Of a DNA stretch of 64,000 nucleotides, positions 1 through 13,420 are shown one piece after another. How positions within the stretch are numbered: the first letter of the stretch is position 1; every line of letters starts with the position of its first letter. The notes beneath the pieces were generated by a model. It worked only from the letters and a program-made list of their open reading frames with translations. It searched no databases and was not told the origin of the DNA. This DNA is from Octopus vulgaris (taxonomy: Eukaryota): positions 7,626,001 to 7,690,000 of the forward strand of contig OX597843.1 of the NCBI GenBank assembly GCA_951406725.2, written 5' to 3'. The position numbers and the translations under genes are program-made.

Positions 1-65
1 CTAAGTAACAGGGACATAAACACACCAGCATCGGTTGTCAAGCAATGCTAGGGGGACAAACACAG

Positions 66-117
<52 letters not shown>

Positions 118-297
118 ATATATATATACATATATAAGATGGGCTTCTTTCAGTTTCCGTCTACCAAATCCACTCACAAGGCTTTGGTCGGCCCGAGGCT
201 ATAGTAGAAGACACTTGCCCAAGGTGCCATGCAGTGGGACTGAACCCAGAACCATGTGGTTGGTAAGCAAGCTACTTACTACACAACCACTCCTGTG

Positions 298-352
<55 letters not shown>

Positions 353-769
353 GACGGGCTTCTTTCAGTTTCCGTCTACCAAATCCACTCACAAGGCTTT
401 GGTCGGCCCGAGGCTATAGTAGAAGACACTTGCCCAAGGTGCCATGCAGTGGGACTGAACCCAGAACCATGTGGTTGGTAAGCTAGCTACTTACTACACA
501 GCCACTCCTGCGCCATGTCTATACACATAGACATGAATGTGTAACAATTTCTCTGAAAAATAATATAAATCCATACAGACAGAGAGACATGAAGACATGC
601 GGACGGATGGACAGACAGGTAAACAGTTGGATGAAGGAATGGATGGGTGGATGGAAATGGAAATATAGCTGAAATTCCACAGCTTTATATTCAAGTGGAA
701 AAGAACATTTTCAGATGTCTGTGATAATTCCTTCTAATTTATGTCATGACTGACTTCGGTCTAATGGAT

Positions 770-1140
770 GGAAGCATTCTGTCGGTTACGACGATGTAGG
801 TTCCGGTTGATCCGATCAACGGAACAGCCTGTAAGTGTAAGTGGCTGAGTACTCCACAGACACGGGTACCCTTAACGTAGTTCTCGGGGATATTCAGCGT
901 GACACAGAGAGTGACAAGGCCGGCCCTTTGAAAAACAGGTACAACAGAAACAGGAAGGAAGAGTGAGAGAAAGTTGTGGCGAAAGAGTACAGCAGGGATC
1001 ACCACCATCCCCTGCCGGAGCCTCGTGGAGCTTTAGGTGTTTTCGCTCAATAAACACTTACAACGCCCGGTCTGGGAATCGAAACCGCGATCCTACGACC
1101 GTGAGTCCGCTGCCCTAACCACTGGGCCATTGCGCCTCCA
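770..1140 (-). mobile_element. tRNA-derived SINE family B. Other copies at about 13931-14317, 23036-23424, 23482-23875, 32321-32705, 32840-33441, 34325-34703, 49518-49901, 59335-59714
   Basis: Head GGAGGCGCAATGGCCCAGTGGTTAGGGCAGCGGAC...GGTTTCGATTCC with A and B boxes; ~380 bp dispersed repeat. Confidence 0.85.
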
Positions 1141-1867
1141 CTGACTCATGCTTCGAGAGGGTACAATAGTCCTAGTCGTATGCCCGTGTCAGAGATCAAC
1201 AGCAGGGGGGAGTTTTAAAAGTGATTAATTACTCTTTTACTCTTTTACTTGTTTTAGTCATTTGACTGCGGCCATGCTGGAGCACCGCCTTTTAGTCGAG
1301 CAAATCGACCCCACGACTTATTCTTTGCAAGCACAGTACTTATTCTATCGGTCTGTTTTGCCGAACCGCTAAGTGACGGGGACGTAAACACACCAGCATC
1401 GGTTGTCAAGCAATGCTAGGGGGACAAACACAGACACACAAACACACACACGCATATATATACATATTATACGACAGGCTTCTTTCAGTTTCCGTCTACC
1501 AAATCCACTCACAAGGCATTGGTCGGCCCAGGGCTATAGCAGAAGATACTTGCCCAAGATGCCATACAGTGGGGAACCATGTGGTTGGTTAATCCGATAC
1601 TTACCACACAGCCACTCCTGGCAAAATTTAACGAAAAAGACGTTAATGACTGCAGCCATGCAGTTACAATTTGTTTTTCTCTTTTACTTGTTTCAGTCAT
1701 TTGACAGTGGCCATGCTGGAGCAAATTGACCCCAAGACTTATTCTTTGTAAGTCTAGTACTTATTCTTTCACTTCCTTTTGCCGAACTGCTAAGTGACGG
1801 GGACGTAAACACACCAGCATCGGTTGTCAAGCGATGCTAGGGGGAACAAACACAGACACACAAACAT

Positions 1868-1925
<58 letters not shown>

Positions 1926-2479
1926 GACGGGCTTCTTTCAGTTTCCGTCTACCAAATCCACTCACAAGGCTTTGGTCAGCCCAAGGCTATAGTAGAAGAC
2001 ACTTGCCCAAGGTGCCACGCAGTGGGACTGAACCCGGAACCATGTGGTTGGTTAGCAAGCTACTTACCACACAGCCACTCTTGCGCCTATATATATATAT
2101 ATGATGGGCTTCTTTCAGTTTCCGTCTACCAAATCCACTCACAAGGCTTTGGTCAGCCCAAGGCTATAGTAGAAGACACTTGCCCAAGGTGCCACGAAGT
2201 GGGACTGAACCCAGAACCATGTGGTTTGTAAGCAAGCTACTTACCACACAGCCACTCCTGCGCCTATATATATATATATATATATGATGGGCTTCTTTCA
2301 GTTTCCGTCTACCAAATCCACTCACAAGGCATTGGTCGGCCCGAGGCTATAGTGGAAGACACTTGCCCAAGGTGCCACGCAGTGGGACTGAACCTGGAAC
2401 CATGTGGTTGGTAAGCAAGCTACTTACCACACAGCCACTCTTGCACCTATATATACATATATATATATTTATCACTTAC

Positions 2480-2531
2480 CGTCTTTTGATGTAAGACTCA
2501 TGTTACGCGGCTTGACTTGTTTGATCAGCTC
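2480..2531 (-). CDS. Probable RPTP exon: start of D2 region (ELIKQVKPRNMSLTSKD)
   Basis: Acceptor atttcaag, donor GTAAGT, 52 bp, phase 0-1, open frame. Weak motif support. Confidence 0.6.
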
Positions 2532-2868
2532 CTTGAAATTAGATATAAAAAATGACTGGATAGATTAAGCATTACTAATGTTAGATCAATACTAAGACAC
2601 AAAGGAAAATACTTCTATGAATGAACTGTAAAATACGTAGGATAATGATGAAACTATTCTCTTTCATTCTCTTTTACTTGTTTCAGCCATGTCACTGCGG
2701 CCATGCTGGAGCACCGCCTTTTAGTCGAGCAAATCGACCCCGGGACTTATTCTTTGTAAGCCTAGTACTTATACTGTCGGTCTCTTTTGCCGAACCGCTA
2801 AGTGACGGGGACGTCAAACACACCAGCATCGGTTGTCAAGCGATGTTGGGGGGACAAACACAGACACA

Positions 2869-2936
<68 letters not shown>

Positions 2937-3171
2937 CATATATACGACGGGCTTCTTTCAGTTTCCGTCCACCAAATCCACTCACAAGGCTTTGGTCAGC
3001 TCGAGGCTATAGTAGAAGACACTTGCCCAAGGTGCCACGCAGTGGGACTGAACCCGGAACGATGTGGTTGGTAAGTAAGCTACTTACCACACAGCCACTC
3101 CTTTTGCCGAACCGCTAAGTTACGGGGACGTAAAACACACCAACATCGGTTGTCAAACGATGTTGGGGGGA

Positions 3172-3227
<56 letters not shown>

Positions 3228-3474
3228 CATATATACGACGGGCTTCTTTCAGTTTCCATCCACCAAATCCACTCAAAAGGCTTTGGTCAGCCCGAGGCTA
3301 TAGTAGAAGACACTTGACCAAGGTGCCACGCAGTGGGACTGAACCCGGAACGATGTGGTTGGTAAGTAAGCTACTTACCACACAGCCCATCCTTTTGCCG
3401 AACCGCTAAGTTACGGGGACGTAAAACACACCAACATCGGTTGTCAAGCGATGTTGGGGGGACAAACACAGACA

Positions 3475-3526
<52 letters not shown>

Positions 3527-3786
3527 CATATATATATACGATGGGCTTCTTTCAGTTTCCGTCCACCAAATCCATTCACAAGGCTTTGGTCAGGCCGAGG
3601 CTATAGTAGAAGACACTTGCCCAAGGTGCCACACAGTGGGACTGAACCCGGAACGATGTGGTTGGTAAGCAAGCTACTTACCACACAGCCACTCCTCCGC
3701 CTATATGTTAAAAAGTTGCTACAAGTTGATTTTTCCATCAATAAGAATCGATCACTTCTTTAACCGTAATTACATTTTTGATTTAC

Positions 3787-3936
3787 CTGAAATTGCTGCT
3801 CTAAGATTGATCCTCTTGTCGAATCATTTGTTTGTTTTATTCTAGAGAATTCTTTTGGAATGTCGTCGACATCGATGTCGTAATCTGCTGTGATAATGTT
3901 CTCGACTAAGACATCGTATATGAACTCCAGCTGCAT
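3787..3936 (-). CDS. RPTP exon: end of D1 and D1-D2 linker (MQLEFIYDVLVENIITADYDIDVDDIPKEFSRIKQTNDSTRGSILEQQFQ)
   Basis: Acceptor ttttcag, donor GTAAAT, 150 bp, phase 0-0, QxxFIY..L.E motif. Confidence 0.92.
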
Positions 3937-4059
3937 CTGAAAACAGAGATGAAGGAGTCTGAAATTGCATGAACACAGTGTTGTCAGCAAGCAGTGAATT
4001 TTGATATAAAAATCAGTTGAGTTTTATGTGTATGTGTGTGTGTGATTTTAAAATATTGT

Positions 4060-4863
4060 GACACTTGTGAAGACCTGTTGAGGCAAGTGAAAGTCAAATC
4101 GAAGTCAAATCGAATCAAATCAATGTAGATGAACATCAATGGAATTTGTATCCTTGTGGTACCAGTGCCGGTGGCACATAAGAAAACCATCCGAACGGGA
4201 CCGTAGCCAGTACCGCATTGACTGGCCTCCATGCTGTGGGCACGTAACAAACACCATCCGATCGTAGCCGTTCGCCAGCCTCGTTTGGCACCTGTGTCGG
4301 TGGCACATAAAAACACCATCCGAGCGTGGCCGTCTGCCAGCCTCGTCTGGCACCTGTGTCGGTGGCACATAAAAAGCACCATCCGAGCGTGGCCGTCTGC
4401 CAGCCTCGTCTGGCACCTGTGTCGGTGGCACATAAAAAGCACCATCCGAGCGTGGCCGTCTGCCAGCCTCGTCTGGCACCTGTGTCGGTGGCACATAAAA
4501 AACACCATCCGAGCGTGGCCGTCTGCCAGCCTCATTTGGCACCTGTGTCGGTGGCACATAAAAAACACCATCCGAGCGTGGCCGTCTGCCAGCCTCGTCT
4601 GGCACCTGTGTCGGTGGCACATAAAAAGCACCATCCGAGCGTGGCCGTCTGCCAGCCTCGACTGGCACCTGTGTCGGTGGCACATAAAATCACCCACTAC
4701 ACTCTCGGAGTGGTTGGCGTTAGGAAGGGCATCCAGCTGTAGAAACACTGCCAGATCTGACTGGCCTGGTGCAGCCTTCGGGCTTGCCAGACCCCAGTTG
4801 AACTGTCCAACACATGCTAGCATGGGGAACGGACATTAAATGATGATGATGATGATGATGATG
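4060..4863 (+). mobile_element. SINE-like element with RTE-type (GAT)n tail and an internal 63-bp tandem repeat (~7 copies, 4250-4690). Related tails at about 19725-19960 and 36600-37080
   Basis: 63-bp period is directly visible; 3' end CATGCTAGCATGG...TTAAATGATGATGAT. Confidence 0.7.
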
Positions 4864-4958
4864 TTTTTCTTTTCTTTTTCTAAACACATTTTTGTATGAG
4901 ATATTATTGCTTCATAATTATGAGGAATTTCATTGATTGTCTGATTCAGTAATAACTC

Positions 4959-5985
4959 ATCATCATCATTGTTCGACCGTGGTCGAGACAATGGAATTTA
5001 CTATGTTACGCCAGACTTCACAGTCCATCATAGCATTACGGAGGTCCTGTTGCTGGATGCCTGTATCCCTGGAGATTACATCAGGGTAGGAGAGTGTGCA
5101 CCCTCTGGTATCGCGACCGTGGTCGAGGCAATGGAATTTACCATGCTACGCCAGACTTCACGGTCCATCATGGCATTACGGAGCTACTGTTGCTGGATGC
5201 CCGTATCCCTGGAGATTACATCAGGGTAGGAGAGTGTGCGCCCTCTGGTATTGCGAGTAGATGGCTTCCAGAGGAGAAGAGTAGAAATTACCTCTTTTTC
5301 AGCTCTACAACAATGTCCAGCAAACTGGACTCTTCTACGTGTCTGGACTTTTAACGTGTCCATGTGTGTGTGTGTGTGTGTGTGTGTGTTTATATGTGTG
5401 TGTATGTGTGTATGTGTATATATATGTATGTATATATATCATCATCATTGTTCGACCGTGGTCGAGACAATGGAATTTACTATGTTACGCCAGACTTCAT
5501 GGTCCATCATGGCATTACGGAGGTCCTGTTGCTGGATGCCTGTATCCCTGGAGATTACATCAGGTTAGGAGAGTGTGCGCCCTCTGGTATCGCGAGTAGA
5601 TGGCTTCCATAGGAGAAGAGTAGAGATTGCCTCCTTTTCAGCTCTACAACAATGTCCAGCAAACTGGACTCTCCTACCTTTCACAAGAGATGACACAGGT
5701 GGTAGTTTCCCATATATTTGCATTTTGGTTGGATGACGCTTCCACGAGAGATTTTGAGCTCTCATAAGGAGGCGAGTGTAGGTTCCATCCAACCGCCTCT
5801 CGAAGAGTGTGCGCCCTCTGGTATTGTGAGTAGATGGCTTCCAGAGGAGAAGAGTAGAAATTACCTCTTTTTCAGCTCTACAACAATGTCCAGCAAACTG
5901 GACTCTCCTACCTTTCACAAGAGATGACACAGGTGGTAATTTCCCATATATTTGCATTTTGGGTGGATGGCGCTTCCACGAGAGA
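4959..5985 (-). mobile_element. RTE-like LINE 3' end fragments, locally tandem-duplicated
   Basis: Translates to LDGTYTRLLMRAQNLSWKRH...RRVQFAGHCCR..., with a (GAT)n tail. Confidence 0.75.
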
Positions 5986-6424
5986 ATAACTACCGCATAC
6001 CCTGAATATATTCTCACGGAACATTTAAATGTAATAAGAATAAAAACGAACAGATTTGACAAGCACCTAGTGCAGTTTCAGACAGCTTCAAGTCATAATA
6101 GGAGGGAGAGAGAGAGAGAGAGAGAGAGGAGGGAGAAGAATCATTCTGAAAACAGGACAGGCATTTAATTTATAGATTGAAGAATTATAGGTGAAGCTGA
6201 CCTCAGCCAAATTTGAAATCAGAGCGCAGGCATAATCACGAACACTGCAAAGCAATTTGCCCGAAGTTTTAACGTTTCTGCCAATTCATCACCTTTTCTA
6301 AAAATTGCCAATTTATAGAATATGGCACCAATAGCCATTGCCGTTTGGAGAAAAGGTGAAAGCAAATCCAAAGAAGAGAGAGTTCCTGAGAGTTACGAGC
6401 TATTCGACGACTAAGTATTTTCTC

Positions 6425-8178
6425 GGATCTTTTCGGTTTGACCGGCAGTTTTTTCTAGCGGTTTCATATGAAATTGTCACCCATAATTATGACCTAATAT
6501 CGATCTATAGCATTTCAATCAGTTTTAGGGTTAGGGTGGGGGAAGGGTATCTTTTTTTTTCACAAATGTAAATAAAACCAATCTGTTTCTTAAACGAGGA
6601 ACATATTCATACGGCACAGAATGCTTTTTACCTCAATAGACGCCATTGATTGGTTGAAATTGCAGAAATTGAAGAAAAAAGCAGCAAATATCTTACAAAC
6701 TATAGAATTTTCTCAAGAAAGCCAAGAGGAAAAGATGTTTTATAAACACATTCTACCAGTATACGAAGTTTAAAAGTGTTTAGTTACGTGGAAATTATTT
6801 AAAAGAACTGCCCGTCAAACCGAAAAGATCCTGTTTCTTAAACGAGGGACATATTCATACGGCACATAATGTTTTCACCTCAATAGACGCCATTGATTGG
6901 TTGAAATTGCAGAGATTGAAGAAAGAAACAACAAATATCTTACAAACTATAGAATTTTCTCAATAAAGCCAAGAGAAAAAGATGTTTTATTAACACATTC
7001 TACCAGAATACGAAGTTTAAAAGTGTTTAGTTACGTGGAAATTATTTTTAAAAAATGCCATTCAAACCGAAAAGATCCAAACGAGGGACATATTCAAACG
7101 GCACAGAATGTTTTCACCTCAATAGATGTCATTGATTGGTTGAAATTGCAGAAATTGAAGAAAAAACAACAAATATCTTAGAAACTATAGAATTTTCTCA
7201 AGAAAGCCTGGAGGAAAAGATGTTTTATAAACACCTTCTACCAGTATACGAAGTTTAAAAGTGTTTAGTTACGTGGAAATTATTTTAAAAAACTGCCATT
7301 CAAACCGAAAAGATCCAAACGCGGGACATATTCATATGGCACAGAATATTTTCACCTCAATAGACGTCATTGATTGGTTGAAATTGCAGAAATTGAAGAA
7401 AAAAGCAACAAATATCTTACAAACCATAGAATTTTCTCAATAAAGCCAAGAGAAAAAGATGTTTTATAAACACATTCTACCAGTATACAAAGTTTAAAAG
7501 TGTTTAGTTACGTGGAAATTATTTAAAAGAACTGCCCGTCAAACCGAAAAGATCCCTGTTTCTTAAACGATGGACATATTCATACGGCACATAATGTTTT
7601 CAACCCAATAGACTCCATTGATTGGTTGAAATTGCAGAAATTGAAGAAATAACAACAAATATCTTACAAACTATAGAATTTTCTCAAGAAAGCCAAGAGA
7701 AAAAGATGTTTTATAAACACTTTCTACCAGTATACAAAGTTTAAAATATTTTAGTTACGTGGAAATTATTTTTAAAAACTACCGTTGAAACCGAAAAGAT
7801 CCAAACGAGGGACATATTCATACGGCACAGAATGTTTTCACCTCAATAGACGTCATTGATTGGTTGAAATTGCATTTAGTTACGTGGAAATTATTTTAAA
7901 AAACTGCCGGTCAAACCGAAAAGATCCAAACGAGGGACATATTCATACGGCACAGAATGTTTTCACCTCAATAGACGTCATTGATTGGTTGAAATTGCAT
8001 TTAGTTACGTGGAAATTATTTTAAAAAAACTGCCGGTCAAACCGAAAAGATCCAAACGAGGGACATATTCATACGGCACAGAATGTTTTCACCTCAATAG
8101 ACGTCATTGATTGGTTGAAATTGCATTTAGTTACGTGGAAATTATTTTAAAAAACTGCCGGTCAAACCAAAAAGATCC
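6425..8178 (+). mobile_element. TIR-bearing MITE (GGATCTTTTCGGTTTGA... / ...TCAAACCGAAAAGATCC) with its 3' half tandemly amplified. Other copies at about 20338-21000 (-) and 22308-22721 (+)
   Basis: ~26-bp terminal inverted repeats, internal TTAGGG repeats, ~240-bp and ~120-bp tandem sub-units. Confidence 0.75.
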
Positions 8179-8210
8179 ATTGCCTCTTATTTACGTTGTC
8201 ATTTACTCAC

Positions 8211-8346
8211 CCTTTTCTGAACCAAATGCATCCTGTCCTCGCGGAGCTTTTTGATACATGCCAGTACATCAACAGCTTCATTATTCAACATTTCATTTAG
8301 AAGAATGTCAATGCAAATGTAAGATCCGGTACGACCAACACCAGCA
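8211..8346 (-). CDS. RPTP exon: PTP D1 P-loop (AGVGRTGSYICIDILLNEMLNNEAVDVLACIKKLREDRMHLVQKR)
   Basis: Acceptor ttttcag, donor GTGAGT, 136 bp, phase 2-0. Completes HCSAGVGRTG. Confidence 0.96.
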
Positions 8347-9267
8347 CTGAAAAGGTAAGAGGATGATTATGGTAGCTTCTCTTTTACTCTTTGACTTGTT
8401 TCAGTCATTTGACTGCGGCCATGCTGGAGCACCGCCTTTATAGTCGAGCAAATCGACCCCCCCCCCCGAGCTCATTCTTTTGTAAGCCTAGTACTTATTC
8501 TATCAGTCTCTTTTTGCCGAACCACTTTGTTACGGGGACGTAAACACACCAGCATCGGTTGTCAAGCAATGTTGGTAGAAAAACACAAACACATATATAC
8601 ATATACATATATATATATATACACGACGGGCTTCTTTCAGTTTCCGTCTACAAATTCCACTCACATGACCTTGGTCGGCCCGAGGCTATAGAAGAAGACA
8701 ATTGCCCAAGGTGCCACGCAGTGGAACTGAACCCGGAACCATGTGGTTGGTAAGCAAGCTACTTACCACACAGCCACTCCTGCGCCTATTTATATACATA
8801 TATATGACGGGCTTCTTTCAGTTTCCGTCTACCAAATCCACTCACAAGGCTTTGGTCGGCCCGAGGCGATAGTAGAAGACACTTGCCCAAGGTGCCACAC
8901 AGTGGAACTGAACCCGGAACCATGTGGTTGGTAAGCAAGCTACTTACCACACAACCACTCCTGCGCCTATTCCTGCTCCTACTTCTAACAATAAAAAAAA
9001 AAATTAACAAAATATATATTTGGATTAGGCTCAGAGAACAAATCATTTACCATTTTTATTCGGGAGTAGGAAAAGAAAGAGATTTGAGTAATACTGGCAA
9101 TGAGATTCTAAATTTGACAGTAACGCATCTGACAGTATATTTCGTATCATCCACCAAAACAGTTTTACATAAAATCCTTCTTTAGGGGTGGAAACAATCA
9201 TGGAGACGATAGATTCTGTTGACTATGACAAAGTTAGTTAATATTTCTTGACTTACTACATCACATA

Positions 9268-9644
9268 CACTACCGTCAGAAATTAATTAGCACCCTTGAT
9301 TTGCTCTTCACTCAAGGTATGTGCTGTCACCTAGTGGCCATATCTCGAACTATTGCTTTGTTGCGAGTTCACTGTTGCGCAGAACGATGACGTAACTTTG
9401 TTTGCAGAGCAGTTTGAGAGTCTAAAGCCTTATGATGTTGACATAGCAGCGCAACAACTTGGAGTGCGGATGCAGACAAATCTTCCTTTGTTTAATAGAT
9501 TTCGCCTCGCAAGGACCGAAATCACACCGAAATCATACTAAGTTTTCTCATCGCGTAAGACGTTTTGAACAGCTCATAGGTTAATTGATTTAACCTATTT
9601 AATGTAGAAATTTGAGAAGTGCTAATTAATTTCTGACGCAAGTG
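9268..9644. mobile_element. Tc1/mariner-type MITE
   Basis: Imperfect TIRs CACT..CGTCAGAAATTAATTAGCAC / GTGCTAATTAATTTCTGACG..AGTG, with TA on both sides. Confidence 0.75.
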
Positions 9645-10164
9645 TATGCCTACGTTACTAAGAACCTAGGCGGCAAGATTTGATAATTATCCTATTTTGC
9701 GATGCTTTCTTTTTCTTAAACCATCTCAATGTTTAGAATTGACTATTTGTTGGCGTGTGTCTTCGTTCATTAAACATACGTTGACTCTAAAAACGTTTTG
9801 AATATCATTTTTACACACAAAAAAAAATGGAAAACTTCTTAAGGAGTGGCTGTATGGTAAGTAGTATAATACCAAATTTTAAAAACTTTATATTGTAACT
9901 ATTATATATATTTTATTGTAATCACCAACGTTTTAAGCTACTACACCCTATATGTTTGTCTGTATTTGTATGTCCCCTCTAAGTAACGCCTTAATGGTGA
10001 ATCTTTCATGAAATAAAGTAGCTTGCTAACCAACCACATGGTTCCGGGTTCAGTCCCACTGCGTGGCACCTTGGGCAAGTGTCTTCTACTATAGCCCCGG
10101 GCCGACCAATGCCTTGTGAGTGGATTTGGTAGACGGAAACTGAAAGATGCCTGTCGTATATATG

Positions 10165-10195
<31 letters not shown>

Positions 10196-11549
10196 TTGTG
10201 TCTCTGTGTTTGTCCCCCTAGCATCGCTTGACAACCGATGCTGGTGTGTTTATGTCCCCGTAACTTAGCGGTTCGGCAAAAGAGACCGATAGAATAAGTA
10301 CTGGGCTTACAAAGAATAAGTCCCGGGGACGATTTGCTCGACTACAGGCGGTGCTCCAGCATGGCCGCAGTCAAATGACTGAAACAAGTAAAAGAGTAAA
10401 ATGAACATTATGTAATAATTATTTTCTCTTTCAGTCAATTAGATCGATCCCACTAGGCAACAGGTACTTAATTTATCGATCCCGAAAGGATGAAAGGCAA
10501 AGTCGACCTCGGCAGAATTTGAACTCAGAACGTAAAGACAGGTGAAATACCTATTTCTTTATTACCCACAAGGGGCTAAACACAGAGGGGACAAACAAGG
10601 ACAGACATAGGTATTAAGTCGATTACATCGACCCCAGTGCGTAACTGGTACTTAATTTATCGATCCCGAAAGGATGAAAGGCAAAGTCAACCTCGGCAGA
10701 ATTTGAACTCAGAACGTAAAGACAGGTGAAATACCTATTTCTTTATTACCCACAAGGGGCTAAACACAGAAGGGGACAAACAAGGACAGACATAGGTATT
10801 AAGTCGATTACATCGACCCCAGTGCGTAACTGGTACTTAATTTATCGATCCCGAAAGGATGAAAGGCAAAGTCAACCTCGGCAGAATTTGAACTCAGAAC
10901 GTAAAGACAGGTGAAATACCGCTAGGCATTTTACCCGGCGTGCTTACGATTTCAACTGCCACAATATAGAAACATTTCTCATGGCACCAACACACAATTT
11001 TTTCTGTTTCAAAACATTGTATCTTGATTGGTTTTTGTGAGGTGGCCGAGAACTTTTGCATGGCCATCTTCGGTGGTCTTCTCGCATCTTCTGCACACAT
11101 TTTGAACCCTTAGTTTAGTAATTTATTTCAGTCATTTGACTGCGGCCATGCACCGGGACTTATTCTTTTGTAAGCCCAGTACTTATTCTATCGGTCTCTT
11201 TTTGCCGAACCACTAAGTAACGGGGACATAAACACACCAGCATCGGCTGTCAAGCAATGCTGGGGGGACAAACACAGACACACAAACACACACACGCATA
11301 CATATATATACATATATACGACGGGCTTCTTTCAGTTTCCGTCTACCAAATCTACTCACAAGGCTTTGGTCGGCCCGAGGCTATAGTAGAAGACACTTGC
11401 CAAAGGTGCCACGCAGTGGGACTGAACCCGTAACCATGTGGTTGGTAAACAAGTTACTTACCACACAGCCACTCCTATGCATCCAGTAGCACTAAGACCT
11501 GGCAACACCGTAAAATACAAATCATGTTGATATAATAATAGATGCAAAC

Positions 11550-11707
11550 CTGCAATGTACGACCAAAGGGTATGATATCTCTTCTCTGTTTTTCAAAGCG
11601 TTTCTGAATTCTAAGATGTATTCAGCGTGTTGTGGAATGTCGTGATCGGGCCATTTTTTAAAGAAGTATTGATCGATTGTCCAACTTCCATCCTGATCAA
11701 CTCCTGT
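11550..11707 (-). CDS. RPTP exon: PTP D1 WPD loop to catalytic Cys (TGVDQDGSWTIDQYFFKKWPDHDIPQHAEYILEFRNALKNREEISYPLVVHCS)
   Basis: Acceptor tttacag, donor GTTTGC, 158 bp, phase 0-2, WPD and VVHC motifs. Confidence 0.95.
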
Positions 11708-11789
11708 CTGTAAATAAACGTAAAGAGGTTTGAAATGAACGATATGGGAGATTATAAATGAACCACATACACTGCAATATTTGTTTCTG

Positions 11790-12515
11790 TTGTTGTTTGT
11801 TCCTTCTCGAGCCATGCCTGACACATAAGGGCCGGTTTTCCCGGTTTCCTTGGCGTATAAGTTCACCATGACCTTCTATCGGAACGGTGAGGAGCTTAGG
11901 TGTTTTCCCTCATAAACATACACATCGCCCGGCCTGAGATTTGAACCCGTGATCCCTCGACTGCAAGTCGGCTGCTCTAACTACTAGGCCATGTGCCTCC
12001 ACTAAATGTTCCTTCTTGAGCCATACTAGGCTCATAAGGGCCGGTTTCCCGGTTATCTTGGCGTATAAGTTCGCCATGACCTTCTGTCGGAACCGTGAGG
12101 AGCTTAGGTGTTTTCGCTCATAAACATACACATCGCCCGGCCAGAGATTTGAACCCATGGTCCCTCGACCGCAAGTCCGCTGCTCTAACCACTAGGCCAT
12201 GTGCCTCCACTAAATGTTCCTTCTTGAGCCATGCCTGGCTCATAAGGGCCGGTTTCCCGGTTTCCTTGGTGTATAGGTTCCCCACCTGGACGGGACGCCG
12301 GTCCATCGCAGGTGAGCTGCAAGATGCAGGAGGAAAGAGTGAGAGAAAGTTGTGGTGAAAGAGTCGGCAGAAGTTCACCATGACCTTCTGTCGGAACCAT
12401 GAGGAGCTTAGGTGTTTTCGCTCATAAACATACACATCGCCCGGCCTGAGATTTGAACCCATGATCCCTCGACCGCAAGTCCACTGCTGTAACCACTAGG
12501 CCATGTGTCTCCACA
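11790..12515 (-). mobile_element. tRNA-derived SINE family C, tandem copies. Others at about 24264-24550, 24578-24855, 42683-43295
   Basis: Head GGAGGCACATGGCCTAGTGGTTAGAGCAGCGGAC...GGTTCGAATC; (CAA)n-like tail. Confidence 0.8.
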
Positions 12516-13044
12516 TAATGCAATATGATAATGCTGCAATATATACTTATAATACTGATTTTGATACTTTTGTTATAATTACTTATTTCTTTACTACCCA
12601 CAAGGGGCTAAACATAGAGGGGACAAACAAGGACAGACAAACGAATTAATTCGATTATATCGACTCCAGTGCGTAACTGGTACTTAATTTATCGACCCCG
12701 AAAGGATGAAAGGCAAAGTCGACCTCGGCGGAATTTGAACTCAGAACGTAACGGCAAACGAAATACGGCTACGCATTTCGCCCGGCGTGCTAACGGTTCT
12801 GCCAGCTCGTAGCCTTCTTTTGCTATAATTACTCTATAACCAAATCTTTTCATGGCTTAACGAAATGTCAATTTTCAAAACAAAGTACTCAGTGTGTTTC
12901 TGATTAGATGTAGACTTTAAAACGAATTAGTGCTCGCTTCAGTGTGATAGAGACAATTTGGTTGGTCACATTCTTGTAGCATTTAAATGATACTGCCCAT
13001 CTTGCTAGGTATGTAGGCAAACATTGGTCCCGCCCGGACCATTC

Positions 13045-13083
<39 letters not shown>

Positions 13084-13097
13084 TATATGTATGTATG

Positions 13098-13137
<40 letters not shown>

Positions 13138-13342
13138 TATAGATATAGTTAATCCAAACAAGAACACACAAAAAAAAAAACACAGCAACGCGAGGACGTG
13201 GAACAAATAAAGTATTATTGGACGCTCAGGAAACAAGGAGGGTTTAACGTTTCGAGTGGAGCTCTTCGTCAGAAACAAAGGAGAAGGAAAGATCCCGAGA
13301 AGGGAAGACAGAGGAAAAAAATTGCTGGCGGTGCTCACGAGG

Positions 13343-13420
<78 letters not shown>

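Larger units (their letters stand above)
1..3702 (-). mobile_element. Cluster of tRNA-derived CORE-like SINEs (family A; internal (TA)n/(TG)n, (GTAAAAGA)n tail) with tandem-duplicated heads. Further copies at about 8380-8968, 10016-10400, 11125-11475, 16206-17373, 19548-20184, 25492-25920, 28115-28763, 50062-50440, 58578-59230, 62523-62785
   Basis: Recurrent ~400 bp unit with A-box-like GGCTGTGTGGT, B-box-like GGTTCAGTCC and CORE-like GGCACCTTGGGCAAGTG. Confidence 0.85.

Noticed and set aside
35-3668. Many ORFs with HTHT/YIYI runs and recurring DGLLSVSVYQIHSQGFG peptides
   Set aside because: Translations of SINE copies and dinucleotide microsatellites, not genes.
3984-4839. Long repetitive ORFs on both strands (up to 279 aa)
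   Set aside because: Result of a stop-poor 63-bp tandem repeat inside a SINE-like element.
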